Positions 1 to 11,900 of a stretch of 64,000 nt of DNA are shown here, piece by piece. The number at the start of each line of letters is the position of its first letter. Position 1 is the stretch's first letter. The DNA comes from Chiloscyllium plagiosum (Eukaryota). A program made the translations under genes and the position numbers. Under the pieces are notes generated by a model. That model was not told the DNA's origin. It searched no databases and saw only the letters and a list, made by a program, of their open reading frames with translations. The DNA lies in assembly GCF_004010195.1 (NCBI RefSeq), contig NC_057751.1:15118597-15182596 (forward strand). The letters run 5' to 3'.

Positions 1-334
1 TTCCTTTTTCTCCCCCAAGACTCAAACACTCTCATTGGTCTGATGTTGTCAATACATTTAAATTCAAATTCAATTGGGTTTTGGTCGCCTAAGCATTATT
101 TAAATTAATTGGTTAAATTCAAGTCTGGTTGCCTTAACATCAAAACACAACTCCAAGGCAATTGTGACATACTACCAATTCTCAGCACTCTCTGCATCAG
201 TCAGCTAATCACAGACACGTGTGCTATCACAATCTCTCAGTTCAGAAAAGCCCCCTCTCTCTTAAAGTGACCATACACTCTTTCGACTTGCTAACAAGAG
301 AGTGAATGTTTGTAGATGTGGTGCAAATTAAGTG

Positions 335-808
335 TACAAAGTTAAAAATCACACAACACCAGGTTATAGTCCAACAGGTTTAATTGGAAGCACACTAGCT
401 TTCGGAGCGTCGCTCCTTCATCAGGTGATAGTGGAGGACTCAAACCTAAAACGCAAAATATATAGCAAAAATTTACAGTGTGATGTAACTGAAATTATTC
501 ATTGAAAAATACCTTGATTGTCTGTTGAGTCTTTCATCTGTTTGAATACCATGATGGTTTCACTTCTTTCATGTGTAAATCACAAAACCTTTTTTTTAAA
601 AGTTGCATTCTCAAGTTAGCTGTAACAATGGGTGATAATGAGACAAGATGTTGAAGGTGTTAATCCCCTGTGTTCTCTTTCTATGCCATGATGTTTAGAT
701 TGATTCTAATCTAAAAAGTGAGGTAACAGAGTTTTACATGAATTCATGCAGTTTTTGAGCAAAGTACAATGTAACTCTGCAAGTTACACACACACAAACA
801 CACACACA
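335..808 (-). mobile_element. Penelope-like element 3' terminal-repeat fragment (family B) with hammerhead motif, ending in a (CA)n tract
   Basis: Shares aaaatcacacaacaccaggttatagtccaacagg with the copies at 20772 and 51009; contains a hammerhead core at 391-427; (CA)n at about 786-808. Confidence 0.65.
391..427 (-). ncRNA. Minimal hammerhead ribozyme motif
   Basis: Minus strand reads CAC-CUGAUGA-A-GGAGC-GAC-GCUCC-GAAA-GCUA-GUG: stem I CAC/GUG, intact core, 5 bp stem II, palindromic AGCU stem III and a CUA cleavage triplet. Confidence 0.7.
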
Positions 809-1256
809 CTGCAGAGGATATTATTCACTATATTTTGGCACAAAGCCTGTACACAACTCTGTGACAGAAGTACAGTTTACAACTCGCTGTCACTATTCGT
901 TGTCTATTAGACCAGATGTGGGGGAATATTGCCACCTCATGCTCTCTCTTTTTAATCACTCATGTGACCAGCATTTTCAATAAATAATTAAATATTACAT
1001 AAAATTCATAAAATATATTAAGTATCATGAAATAAAATCCTCTTTCAGCATCAGGAGGAAGTGTTAATTTATGACATGAATGTCAAATAACCCAGGACGT
1101 TGTCTCGTTTTCAGCATCTTTCTCCCCAAGTTAAAAATGGTAATGGCTGCTTTTGAAGAGGCAGAAGTTATTTTGACCAAGATGTGACTTTGTAGGGAGG
1201 CAGCTTTTGCCAACAGGTTAAGGGAATATTTCCATTCCTGATTTCATGTATCCTGT

Positions 1257-1575
1257 TGGATTAGATTACTTACAGTGTGGATACAGGCCCTTCGGCCCAA
1301 CCAGTCCACACCGACCCGCCGAAGCGCAACCCATCCAGACCCATTCCCCTACATTTATCCCTTCACCTAACACTACAGGCAATTTAGCATGGCCAATTCA
1401 CCTAATCTGCACATTTTTTTGGACTGTGGGAGGAAACCGGAGCACCCGGAGGAAACCCACACAGGCACGGGGAGAATGTGCAAACTCCACACAGTTAGTC
1501 GCCTGAGGCGGGAACTGAACCCGGGTCTTTGGCGCTGTGAGGCAGCAGTGCTAACCACTGTGCCACCGTGCTGCT
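1257..1575 (-). mobile_element. tRNA-derived SINE (HE1/V-SINE-like)
   Basis: Minus strand begins GCAGCACGGTGGCACAGTGGTTAGCACTGCTGCCTCACAGCGCCAAAGACCCGGGTTCAGTTCC (A and B boxes), then the central GGGTTTCCTCCGGGTGCTCCGGTTTCCTCCCACA; several copies in the window. Confidence 0.85.
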
Positions 1576-1766
1576 CAATACATGTATTCATGTATTTCAT
1601 TTATTGCTATTGGAAGCTGTTCATGTACTCTTTAATTTTCTAATTTTTACATTTAATGGCATTACTGTATATTCTAATGGAGAAACTACGATTCAAACAT
1701 ATTTCATAATTGTTAAGAAACTTTATCACAATTTTACTTTTAAATAACAGAGAAAAATCTTCATGT

Positions 1767-2092
1767 CAGCACGGTGGCTCAGTGTTTAGCACTGCAGCCT
1801 CACAGCTCCAGTGGCCCGGGTTCGATTCCCACCTAGGGCGACTGTCTGGGTGGAGTTTGCATTTCCTCCCCATGTCTGCGTGGGTTTCTTCAGGGTGCTC
1901 CGGTTTCCTCCCACAATTCAAAGATGTGCAGATTAGGTGAATTGGCCAAGCTAAATTGTCTATAGTGTTCGGTGTGTTAGTCATGGGTAAATATAGAGTA
2001 GCAGACTGGGACTGGGTGGGTTACTCTTGGGAGGGTCAGTGTGGACTTGTTGGGCCGAAGGGCCTGTTTCCATACTGTAGGAATTAATCTAA
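1767..2092 (+). mobile_element. tRNA-derived SINE (HE1/V-SINE-like)
   Basis: Same family as 1257-1575 in the opposite orientation; B box GGTTCGATTCC. Confidence 0.85.
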
Positions 2093-2249
2093 TAATTTTT
2101 CATGAAATATACTGTGTTTTTGGATAATTAATTTTACAGTTGTAGATTTTAGATTGTCCATGAGTGACAGTTGAGTTCCAATTACTTCATAGCAGTGTTA
2201 CATATCTTAGCTGGGTATTCTGCTTTATTGTCATTCTGCCTCCTTATGT

Positions 2250-2466
2250 CAGATTGGTTAGCTCATTTGATTGGACTGTGGGTTTGCGATGCAGTGTGAT
2301 CCAACAGCATGGGTTCAATTTCCGCACTGGCTGAGATTATAATCGAGGGCTCCCCGTCTCGATCTGTCCCCTCGCCTGAAGTGTGGTTACCCTCAAACCA
2401 CCACGTGTCATCTCTCTGATAAGAGAGCAACCCTCTGGTCCAAAAGGACTATGGCAACTTTACCTT
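2250..2466 (+). mobile_element. Degenerate tRNA-derived SINE of a second family
   Basis: tRNA-like head (ttagctcatttgattgg...gggttcaattt) and tail ggactatggcaactttacctt. Confidence 0.5.
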
Positions 2467-2945
2467 GTATAATCCTTTAAATTACGTAGTATTCAGAGTA
2501 CACAAACATTTGTGAACTTAATTCTGTGTTCCAAAGATCATATTGTCAACTCAAGTTTGATACAAGTTTACCATAACCGCTCTCCTTTTCAATTCTATTC
2601 CCACAGAAATTGATCCAAGTGCTTTTTTCAGCTTGTGTTATGAACGTAATAATGTGTATCATTCATTTAAGTACCTAACAATACATGCACACAGATTCCT
2701 GTGCTCATTGTCCCACGTAAATGGTTATTTTTCAAGAAGAATACGACCTTCTTATTTTCCCAACCACCCTCGATTAATTATTTTGCAATTCATTTGCCAA
2801 ATACGTACCCATTCTTCATGTTTGTTAACGTTTTTCCTTTGGGTAATGATACAATAATTTTCCTTCGATCTGGTGTGGATTTCTTCTGCCTTTTTGCATA
2901 TAAGCCTCATGTAAGCTTTTCACCAATGTAGCTCTCTACTCCTTT

Positions 2946-5897
2946 TAGAGTCATAGAGTTGTACAGCATGCAAACAGACCCTTCAATCCAACCTGTCCAT
3001 GCCAACCAGATATCCCAACCTAATCTAGTCTCACCTGCCAGCACCTGGCCCATATCCCTCCAAACCCTTTCCTATTCATATATCCATCCAAATGCCTTTT
3101 AAATGTTGCAATTGTACCAGCCTCCACCACATCCTCTGGCAGCTCATTCCATACCCGTAACATCCTCTGTGTGAAAAGGTTGCCCCTTAGATCTCTTTTA
3201 TATCTTTCCCCTCTCACCCTAAACCTATGCCCTCTAGTTCTGGACTCCCTGATCCCAGGTAAAAGAGTTTGGCTATTTACCCTATTCATGCCCCTCATAA
3301 TTTTGTAAACCTCCATAAGGTCACCCTTCAGCCTCCGACGCTCCAGGGAAAACAGCCCCAGCCTGTTCAGCCTCTCCCTATAGCTCAAATCTTTCAACTC
3401 TGGCAACATCCTTGTAAATCTTTTCTGAACTCTTTCAAGTTTCACAACATCTTTCTGATAGGAAGGAGACCAGAATTGCACGCAATATTCCAACAGTGGC
3501 CTAACCCAGGTCCTGTACAGCCGCAACATGACCTCCCAACTCCTGTATTCAATACTCTGACTAATAAAGGAAAGCATACCAAACGCCTTCTTCACTATCC
3601 TATCTACCTGCAACGAGCTATGAACCTGCGCTCCAAGGTCTCTTTGTTCAGCAACACTACCGAGGACCTTACCATTAAGTGTATAAATTCTGCTAAGATT
3701 TGCTTTCCCAAAATGCAGCACCTTGCATTTATCTGAAATAAACTCCATCTGCCACTTCTCAGCCCATTGGCCCATCTGGTCCAGATCCTGTTGTAATCTG
3801 AGGTAACCCTCTTCGCTGTCCACTACACCTCCAATTTTGGTGTTATCTGCAAACTTACGAACTGTACCTGTTATGCTCGCTTCCAAATCATTCATGTAAA
3901 TAACAAAAAGTAGAGGGCCCAGCACCGATCCTTGTGGCACTCCACTGGTCACAGGCCTCCAGTCTGAAAAACAACCCTCCACTACCACTCTCTGTCTTCT
4001 ACCTTTGAGCCAGTTCTGTATCCAAATGGCTCGTTCTCCGTGTTCCATGAAATCTAACCTTGCTAATCAGTCTCCCATGGGAAACCTTGTCGAACGCCTT
4101 ACTGAAGTCCATATAGATCACATCTACTGCTCTGCCCTCATCAATCCTCTTTGTTACTTCTTCAAAAAATTCAAGTTTGTGAGAAATGATTTCCCACGCA
4201 CAAGGCCATGTTGACGATCCCTAATCAGTCCTTGCCTTTCCAAATACATGTACATCCTGTCCCTCAGGATTCCCTCCAATAATTTGCCTACCACCAAGGT
4301 CAGGCTCACTGGTCTATAGTTCCCTGGCTTGTCCTTACCACCCTTCTTAAACAGTGGCACCACGTTTGCTAACCTCCAATCTTCCAGCATCTCACCTGTG
4401 ATTATTGATGATACAAATATCTCAGCAAGAGGGCAGCAATCACTTCTCTAGCTTCCCACAGAGTTCTCAGGTACGCCTGATCAGGTCCTGGGGATTTATC
4501 CACCTTTACCCGTTTCAAGGCATCCAGCACTTCTTCTTCTGTAATATGGACATTTTGCAAGATGTCACCATCTATTTCCCTGCAGTCTATATCTTCCATA
4601 TCCTTTTCCACAGTAAATATGATGCAAAATACTCATTTAGTATCTCCCCCATTTTCTGCGGCTCCACACAAAGGCCGCCTTGCTGATCTTTGAGGAGCCC
4701 TATTCTCTCCCCAGTTACACTTTTGTTCTTAATGCATTTGTAAAATCCCTTTGTATTTTCCTTAATTCTATTTGCCAAAGCCATCTCATGTCCCCTTTTT
4801 GCCCTTCTGATTTCCCTCTTAAGTATACTCCCACTTCCTTTATAAGGATTCACTCGATCTATCCTGTCTATACTCGGCATATGCTTCTTTCTTTTTCTTA
4901 ACCAAACCCTCAATTTCTTTAGTCATTCAGCATTCCATCTATCTACCAGCCTTTCCTTTCACCCTAACAGGAATATATTTTTTCTGGATTCTTGTTATTT
5001 CATTTCTGAAGGCTTCCCATTTTCCAGCCGTCCCTTTACCTGTGAACATCTGCCCCCAATCAGCTTTCGAAAGTTCTTGCCTAATCCCATCAAAATTTGC
5101 CTTTCTTCAATTTCAACTTCACCTTTTAGATCTCGTCTATCCTTTTCCATCACTATTTTAAATCTAATAGAATTGTGGTCGCTGGCCCCAAAGTGCTCCC
5201 CCACTGACACCTCAGTCACCTGCCCTGCCTTATTTCCCAAGAGTAGGTAAAGTTTTGCACCTTCCCGAGTAGGGACATCCACATACTGAATCAGAAAATT
5301 GTCTTGTGTGCACTTAGCAAATTCCTTTCCATCTAAACCTTTAACACTATGGCAGTCCCAGTCAATGTTTGGAAAGCTAAAATCCCCTACCATAACCACC
5401 CTATTATTTTTACAGATAGCTGAGATCTCCTTACAAGTGTGTTTCTCAGTTTCCCTCTGACTATTAAGAGGTCTATAAGACAATCCCAATAAGGTGATCA
5501 CCCCTTTCTTATTTCTCAGTTCCCCCCAAATAACTTCCCTGGATGTATTTCCGGGAATATCCTCCCTCAGCACAGCTGTAATGCTATCCCTTATCAAAAA
5601 TGCCACTTCTCTTCCTCTCTTGCCTCCCTTTCTATCCTTCCTGTAGCATTTGTATCCTGGAACATTAAGCTGCCAGTCCTGCCCATCCCTGAGCCATGTT
5701 TCTGTAATTGCTATGATATCCCGGTCCCATGTTCCTAACCATGCCCTAAGTTCATCCCTGTTAGACCCCTTGCATTGAAATAAATGGAGTTTAATTTATT
5801 TGTCCTACCTTGTCCCTGCCTGCCCTGACTGTTTGAGTCGCTTCTGTTTTCAACTGTACCAGTCTCAGATTGATCTCTTTCCTGACTATCTTCCTGG
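2946..5897 (-). mobile_element. CR1-type LINE, 5'-truncated, with disrupted ORF2 (APE endonuclease and reverse transcriptase)
   Basis: ORFs 3020-4048 (GVPQGSVLGP, KFADNTK), 4154-4390 (NYRPVSLT) and 4995-5606 (VGDF, SDH); ctctatgactcta-type 3' tail; several frameshifts. Confidence 0.93.
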
Positions 5898-5900
5898 GTC

Positions 5901-5936
5901 GGTCTGTCTGGCTGTCTGTCTGTCTGTCTGTCTCTC
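5901..5936. repeat. (TCTG)n microsatellite
   Basis: gtctgtctggctgtctgtctgtctgtctgtctctc. Confidence 0.8.
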
Positions 5937-8900
5937 GCTCACACTCTCCCTGCCAGTATATTTGTCCCCTTGCAATTTAGATGCAATCCGTCGTTCTTGT
6001 ACAGGTCACTTCTACCCCAAAAAAGATTCCAATGATGTGTATAATCCCTCTGTTTTCTCTCACCTGACTTCTTTTAGTATGTGCAGACTCGAATATTCAC
6101 GTTGAGTATTTTTACCATTTCTGTTGTCAGCACTTCAGCTGCTTTATAATCTTTTATCAAGGAATTTTTTTATTTATGGCATTTTTGCTTCATAGATATT
6201 TCTGATTATTTTGGAAAATCGGGCCAACTGTTTGTTGAACAAGAGAGACTTCTTAAAATTTATGATGACAGACATGTTCAGAGGAAACTGGTTCATGTTC
6301 TTGGTTCCAGAAATGTATTGTTGTTCACTTGCTTGACCAAAGATGTCTGTCAATCAAAAGTAAATGACCCAAAAATATATTTCAAACTCATTGCCAAATA
6401 AAGTCGGAAAGTAGTGGAAGATAAGCCATCATCTGTGGGGGAACAAGAACTAAAAATTACATGGTAAGATTTTAACATTGGTTGGAAACTAATGGACAGG
6501 CTTCCTGCTATAAATTCAATCTGATTTCCATTTAAATCATTGACAGCAAAGTAAGTGGATATATCATGAGTGGGTGAATTACTGTTGCCAGTTTTCAGTC
6601 TGTCAGTGCAGATGAAAATCAATCTGTCTGAATTTGGATTCGATAGTACTGAAGACTAAATGGTAAACACCTGGTATAGCAGTCTTCTAAAACTGCAAGT
6701 AGTTTTAATAACTTCAAATTGTATGGACTAGTGTGTTTCAAAAAGGGGAATGTTAGTCTTAAGGAGCAGCACTTGTACTAACTCATCAGGGAGCAGTACA
6801 ACACGGTTAGATACTGAGTGAAGCCTCAAACTCACATGAAATTCGAACTGTTTACAGAAAATGCTGGAAGTACTCAGCAGGTCCAGCAGTATCTGTGCTG
6901 AGAGAAAGAGAAGCAGAGTTAATATTTAATGTCTTTGATGGTTCATGAGAATGATGCTTCTGTTGTCAATTTTCAGCATTCCCAGTATTTTGCTTTGTAT
7001 GAGTGATACTTTTCAAGTTTCAAAGGTAGTTTGCTAAGTGAAATTGAAAATGAGTTCTTTACATGGAACAGTTTTATGCTGTAAACCTATGGCTGCAAGA
7101 AATATGACTACTGCTGCCTAAGCCCAATTCACCTGGGACCCTTACAACTAGTAGATAAAGGAGATTTTCAGTCATCAATCTGAGCTTGATTCAGGAATCA
7201 TTGATCCTCCAAGTGTATCAGCTAGCATTCTTGCTTAATTGTTTTTGAAATAGTAATGTGATGAGAGCCCAGAAGACTAACCTCTCTCTGTTTTGGTTTG
7301 AAAGGAATTGAAATTCATGTTACTTACAAGCCCACAGGCATGGAGATGATCTATGGAAAACATAAAAGAAAAAGTACATGCTCCCGGGAGAATTTCTTAT
7401 TTTGTTTATCTTGTTGGACGGGTTAAGAGAAGAAGGGAGGAGTGGCAGCCAAAGGATCAGTACAGCTGCTGGGATGCTTGAGGCTGTATCCATGTAAAGT
7501 GTGGATATAAATTTAACAAGGGTATTCCTAATTATGTATGTGCCACTGCTCGCCCACTGAAACTGTTGATTGTATGCCATGAATTACTGGAAGTGCTCAA
7601 TCTCACAGTAGATTCCTGTGTGCACTTCCTTTACACAATCATTCATCTATTTGTTTTCAAATTTACTTTAATCAGTGTTAAAAATGAGGAGTTTAGCACA
7701 AGAATTTTGAATGTACTTGGAAATGGAAGGTCTGTAGTGATTAAAATTTGAAAGAAAAAAATGGAAGCCTGCCAATCGTGAAGGGGCAGATTTGAGAAAA
7801 TTAGTGTTTTCTCTCACTTTTAGGCCCTTTGCGCTGTGATGGGCTTCTAGTTCACCTTTTCCCATCTTCTTTCAGTGCTTACTTTGAATTCCAAATGTAT
7901 ATAATTAAGGTCTTGAGCAATGTGCCTTTTGTGGAAAAGTTATTTATTTTCTACTTCATACTCTCTTCCAAACTTCCAAACAAAATAGCAAATTGACTGG
8001 AAACTGAACTGGACTGGCCCTATAAATCCTATGACTATAAGAGCAAGTCGAAGACTGGGAATTATGTGGCACATGACTCACTCCTAATTCCCCGAACCTA
8101 TCCACCATCCACAAGGCACAGACAAAGAGTGTGATGGAATACTTTTCATTTGAATCAGTGAAAGCAGCTGCAATAATAAACGAGAAGTTCAACTCCATCC
8201 AGGGCAAAACTTTCCATTTGATTAAGATCCTATGCACTCCTTTAAATATTTGCTACTGAAACACAGTGGCAGCAATTTCTGTACCATCCAGAAGAAGCAC
8301 TTTCTGTGACTCACCAAGAATTCTTCGAAGCCTGTGATTTCTCTCACATACAAAAGACAGACAGCACACGCACCAACACACCACACTCTTCAGCATATTT
8401 GAAATTTGTTTCATGTTGATTAAGAAGCCCTAAGGTTTTGCAGCAAATAAACTAGGAACAAGAGAAGACCACTCAATCATTTCAGCCAGCTCCATCATTC
8501 AGTAGGATCATATTTGATCTGAGTTTGACCTCAACGCTATACTCCTGTATATGACCAATAATTTTTCATCCCCTTGGTAATCAAGAACCTTTGCAATTTC
8601 CGCAAGTCTGCAGAGTTCTCCATCTGAGTCTAAGCCACAGATTTCCATTCTATATAATATTAATGCTATTGCAGGCATTCTGTCATAATTCTGTCCATTG
8701 GACTACCCGAGGAACACTCATCATTGAACATCAGGCAAAGAATGAAGAGCAAGCCACCTGCCTACCAGTTCTTGGAAAATGTAAGATTTCATTGATCCTG
8801 AGGGAACAGGATTTATATTGTAAAGTTGATGGAAGGCTGTAAACCTTAAATTTGTAACACTGCCAGTTAAATGTGCTTGCCACGTAAGTACGTAATAATT

Positions 8901-10097
8901 CTTTAATGTGTTTGTTGTGTATGTATGGCATGCCTGCAGCAGAGATGAGGAAGTGAGATCTGAGTCCAACACACACTTTCGATAACAAAGACTTCTGGAG
9001 TAGGGAACTGAACTGCAGGATGTGGTTTTTGCAAAGTCTGCTAATGGCATGCTGTATAGGAAGCAGGAGGCTTCACCCTTCTGACTGAGAGTCTCATTTT
9101 GGGCAAGTAATTGATTTAATTATGACTTTGAACTTTACAGCCCTTGTGGGAAGGGGAAGAGGTTTTATAAAAGGATTGGCCTGCAGCTGTACTTTATGGG
9201 AATAACAGAATATCTTATACAAATTACTTGGCACCCATGTCCTGAAAATGGATTATTCTTTTGAGGACTTATCACAATAATTGATTTCAAGTTGTGTAAG
9301 TAGAACATAAGGAACAAGGTTGTGACTGTGTTCGCCTAGTTCACAGAGAACCCTTAAAGCCACTGGGCAGAGGAATATTTATTTCACTGACAAAAGACTT
9401 TTTATTTTATTCTTCAATTACACATCAGGCTTCATGCATTGGAGAAGTCGTATCACAGTGGTGCTAAAGTGTTATCTGCGTAACAGTTTTAAAGGATTTG
9501 ATATTTAGGTCAGGTTCTCCAAAGCCATTAAGGTCCAGACTATATCTCAAAGTTGATTGATAGCATTGCTGCTTTGTTAAGGAGAAGTGAGAATAACTGC
9601 CCATCATGACAGCATTCAGCTGGATATTGCACCAAGGAACCATTGAAACTGAGATTGTTGTTGTCGAAGGGAAATTTCTATCAATTTCTACCAGATACGA
9701 AACAAAGTAGTTATAGTTTTCAGAAGGTAGTCATTGTGGCTGTAGAAGATTATTGCTGTTTGGGTTCCTTTTCAATGACTGAACCATCTTCAGCTGCTTT
9801 ATAAGTAACCTTCCTTCCATCATAAAAATCAGGAGGGTATCTGTTTGCTGACTTCCAGCATTCAGCTGTGTTGACAAATCCTCTGATAATGAGGCAGCTG
9901 ATACCACCAACCCCAGAGTCTTTGTCTTTGTATTTCCCTGCCAGGGTATATCTGAAGGCCACTGAGATAAGTGGCCCAACAACGATGCCTTGCTTGGATG
10001 AGCCTCCTGTAGATATGCTAACAGCTCACATCAAGTAGTCTAATGAGGATCGAGGACCATTTCCATCAAAAAGGGATCCTCTAGATTTGAGTGTTTT

Positions 10098-10780
10098 CTA
10101 GTCACCCAATGCCAAGCCTAGATTTGAAAATGGGTTGAGGAAAAAAAATTGAATCTGAATTATCTCTGAGTACAATCTGGTACATTGGTTAAAAACACTA
10201 AGAAAAACTCCATATTTGCCTTATGTACATCCAAATATATATAATCTGATATTTATAAACTGTAGAACAGAAGGAAAAGCAAATGGACGGCAGCTGCATT
10301 CAGTTTGCTTAAGCTGGTGATTCAGTTTGAGTCTAATATAGACGTCACTTACTTTTGGCATGGGGACAATGGAGAAGGTGTGTTGTTGCAATCATGTTCC
10401 TGAGGACAAAAATGTACAGCAGTTGTGTAATCTGCACGCACATGTTTAATATGAATAGCAAAGATGGGCTGTCCTATAACATCTTTATGTAATGCCAAAT
10501 TTTATAATTAGTTCAAAAATGTCTTGCTTTTTTGTACACCGTTACTTTCATTACAACACCTAGTTGGCACTTTTTAAGTAAAATTTTAACAGCTGTCCAT
10601 TTGCTTTCCCCTCTATCCTACAGTTTATAAGGATCAGAATTACATATATTTGTATGTATATAAGACAAATATGAAGTTCTTCCTGTTTTTGACCAATGTA
10701 CAAGATTGTCCTCAGGGATTATTCAGATTCAATTTTTTCCTCAACCTATTTTCAAATTTTGACTTGGCATTGAGTGCTAG
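10098..10780. repeat. Diverged long inverted repeat (arms about 10098-10296 and 10590-10780)
   Basis: For example, tttgaaaatgggttgaggaaaaaaaattgaatctgaat is the reverse complement, with mismatches, of attcagattcaattttttcctcaacctattttcaaa; the complementarity runs for about 190 bp. Confidence 0.85.
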
Positions 10781-10934
10781 CAGCCTTCTGATAGCTCCCA
10801 AAATTAGACATGTCTTACAAGCCCGGACAAATTAAGTTGACAAGCGATTCATAAGATACATCCAAGACCAGTGTATCATCCCATATTCTGTCCTGTTCAA
10901 GATCAGCTAAACAAACCAGGGTTCTTTCTTGGGT

Positions 10935-11250
10935 ATCCAGCCTCTGAGTGATGGTTGCAAGTTCAAGTTCCACTCCTGGTGCAAAATCTAGTTCATTCTG
11001 AGGAAGTGCTCTTTTGTTTGAAATGCTGTCATGTGAATGAGAATTTAACACAAATCCCTCACCTTGCTTTCCAAAAGATGTAAAATATCCCAGCACACTG
11101 CTTTGAAGAGCAAGGGTGTTATCCTTGGTCTCTCGGCTGATATTTATCTCTCAACCAGTATCACTGAGTCAAATAAAATGATCTAATTGCTGGCTGCCAC
11201 AGTTTGACCTCATCACAACAGTGACTATACTTCTTCAATGTACTTAGCAG
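10935..11250 (+). mobile_element. Old Deu-domain-type SINE (SacSINE1/AmnSINE-like), interrupted; probable tail at about 12168-12220
   Basis: gatgtaaaatatcccagcacactgctttgaagagcaaggg...gatatttatctctcaacc...acaacagtgactatacttc; the tail-like atcctgaggttgtgagaggagctgtataaatgt lies downstream. Confidence 0.55.
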
Positions 11251-11260
11251 ACTTTATAAA

Positions 11261-11900
11261 ATAAGACCGTGAGATGTAGGAGCAGTAGTAGACCATTCAG
11301 CCTTTTGAGACGACACTGCCATTCAACATGATTGCGGCTGATCTGATTATCCTCAACCCCCACTTTCCTGCCTTTTCCCTGTAGCCTCCAATTCCCCTTC
11401 CTGATTAAAAATCTTTCTACTTTAGATTAGACTAGATTAGATTAGATTACTTACAGTGTGAAAACAGGCCCTGCGGCCCAACAAATCCACTCTGACCTGC
11501 CAAAGTGCAACCCACCCAAGCCCATTCCCCTACATTTACCCGTTCACCTAACACTACAGGCAATTTAGCATGACCAAGCTTGAATATAATTAATGTCCCA
11601 ACCATGATTGCCTTCTGTGGTAAAGAATTCCATAAATTCACTGCCTCTGAAGAGAAGAAATTCCTTCTCATCTCTGATTTAAATGTGTAATCTCTTATTC
11701 TGAGATTATGCTGTCTGGTCTTCGACTCTCTCTCACAAGGAGAAATCTGTAAAATCTGCGAAGAATCTTGTTTTAATAATGTCATCTTTATGCTTCTAAA
11801 TTACAGTGAGTGCAAACTCAATGTCTAATAATAAGGTAATTCCTCCAAATCTGGTATCAACCAAATGAACCTTCTCTGGATTGCCTTCAATATCAGTACA
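11261..11900 (-). mobile_element. CR1 3' fragment containing a nested partial HE1-like SINE (about 11421-11577)
   Basis: CR1 C-terminal motif RRNFFS..VNLWNSLPQ in ORF 11447-11785, fused to SINE-derived sequence with an attag tail. Confidence 0.75.

Noticed and set aside
1-296. Possible LTR end terminating in ...taaca
   Set aside because: It is truncated by the window edge, and no partner LTR, PBS, PPT or TSD is visible.
1246-1984. Short ORFs with recurring peptides such as CGRKPEHPEETH and WVSSGCSGFLPQ
   Set aside because: These are translations of the HE1-like SINE and recur at every copy; they are not genes.
6196-6250. Acceptor-like catag|atatttc resembling the start of POLB exon 8
   Set aside because: There is an immediate in-frame TGA and no further similarity.
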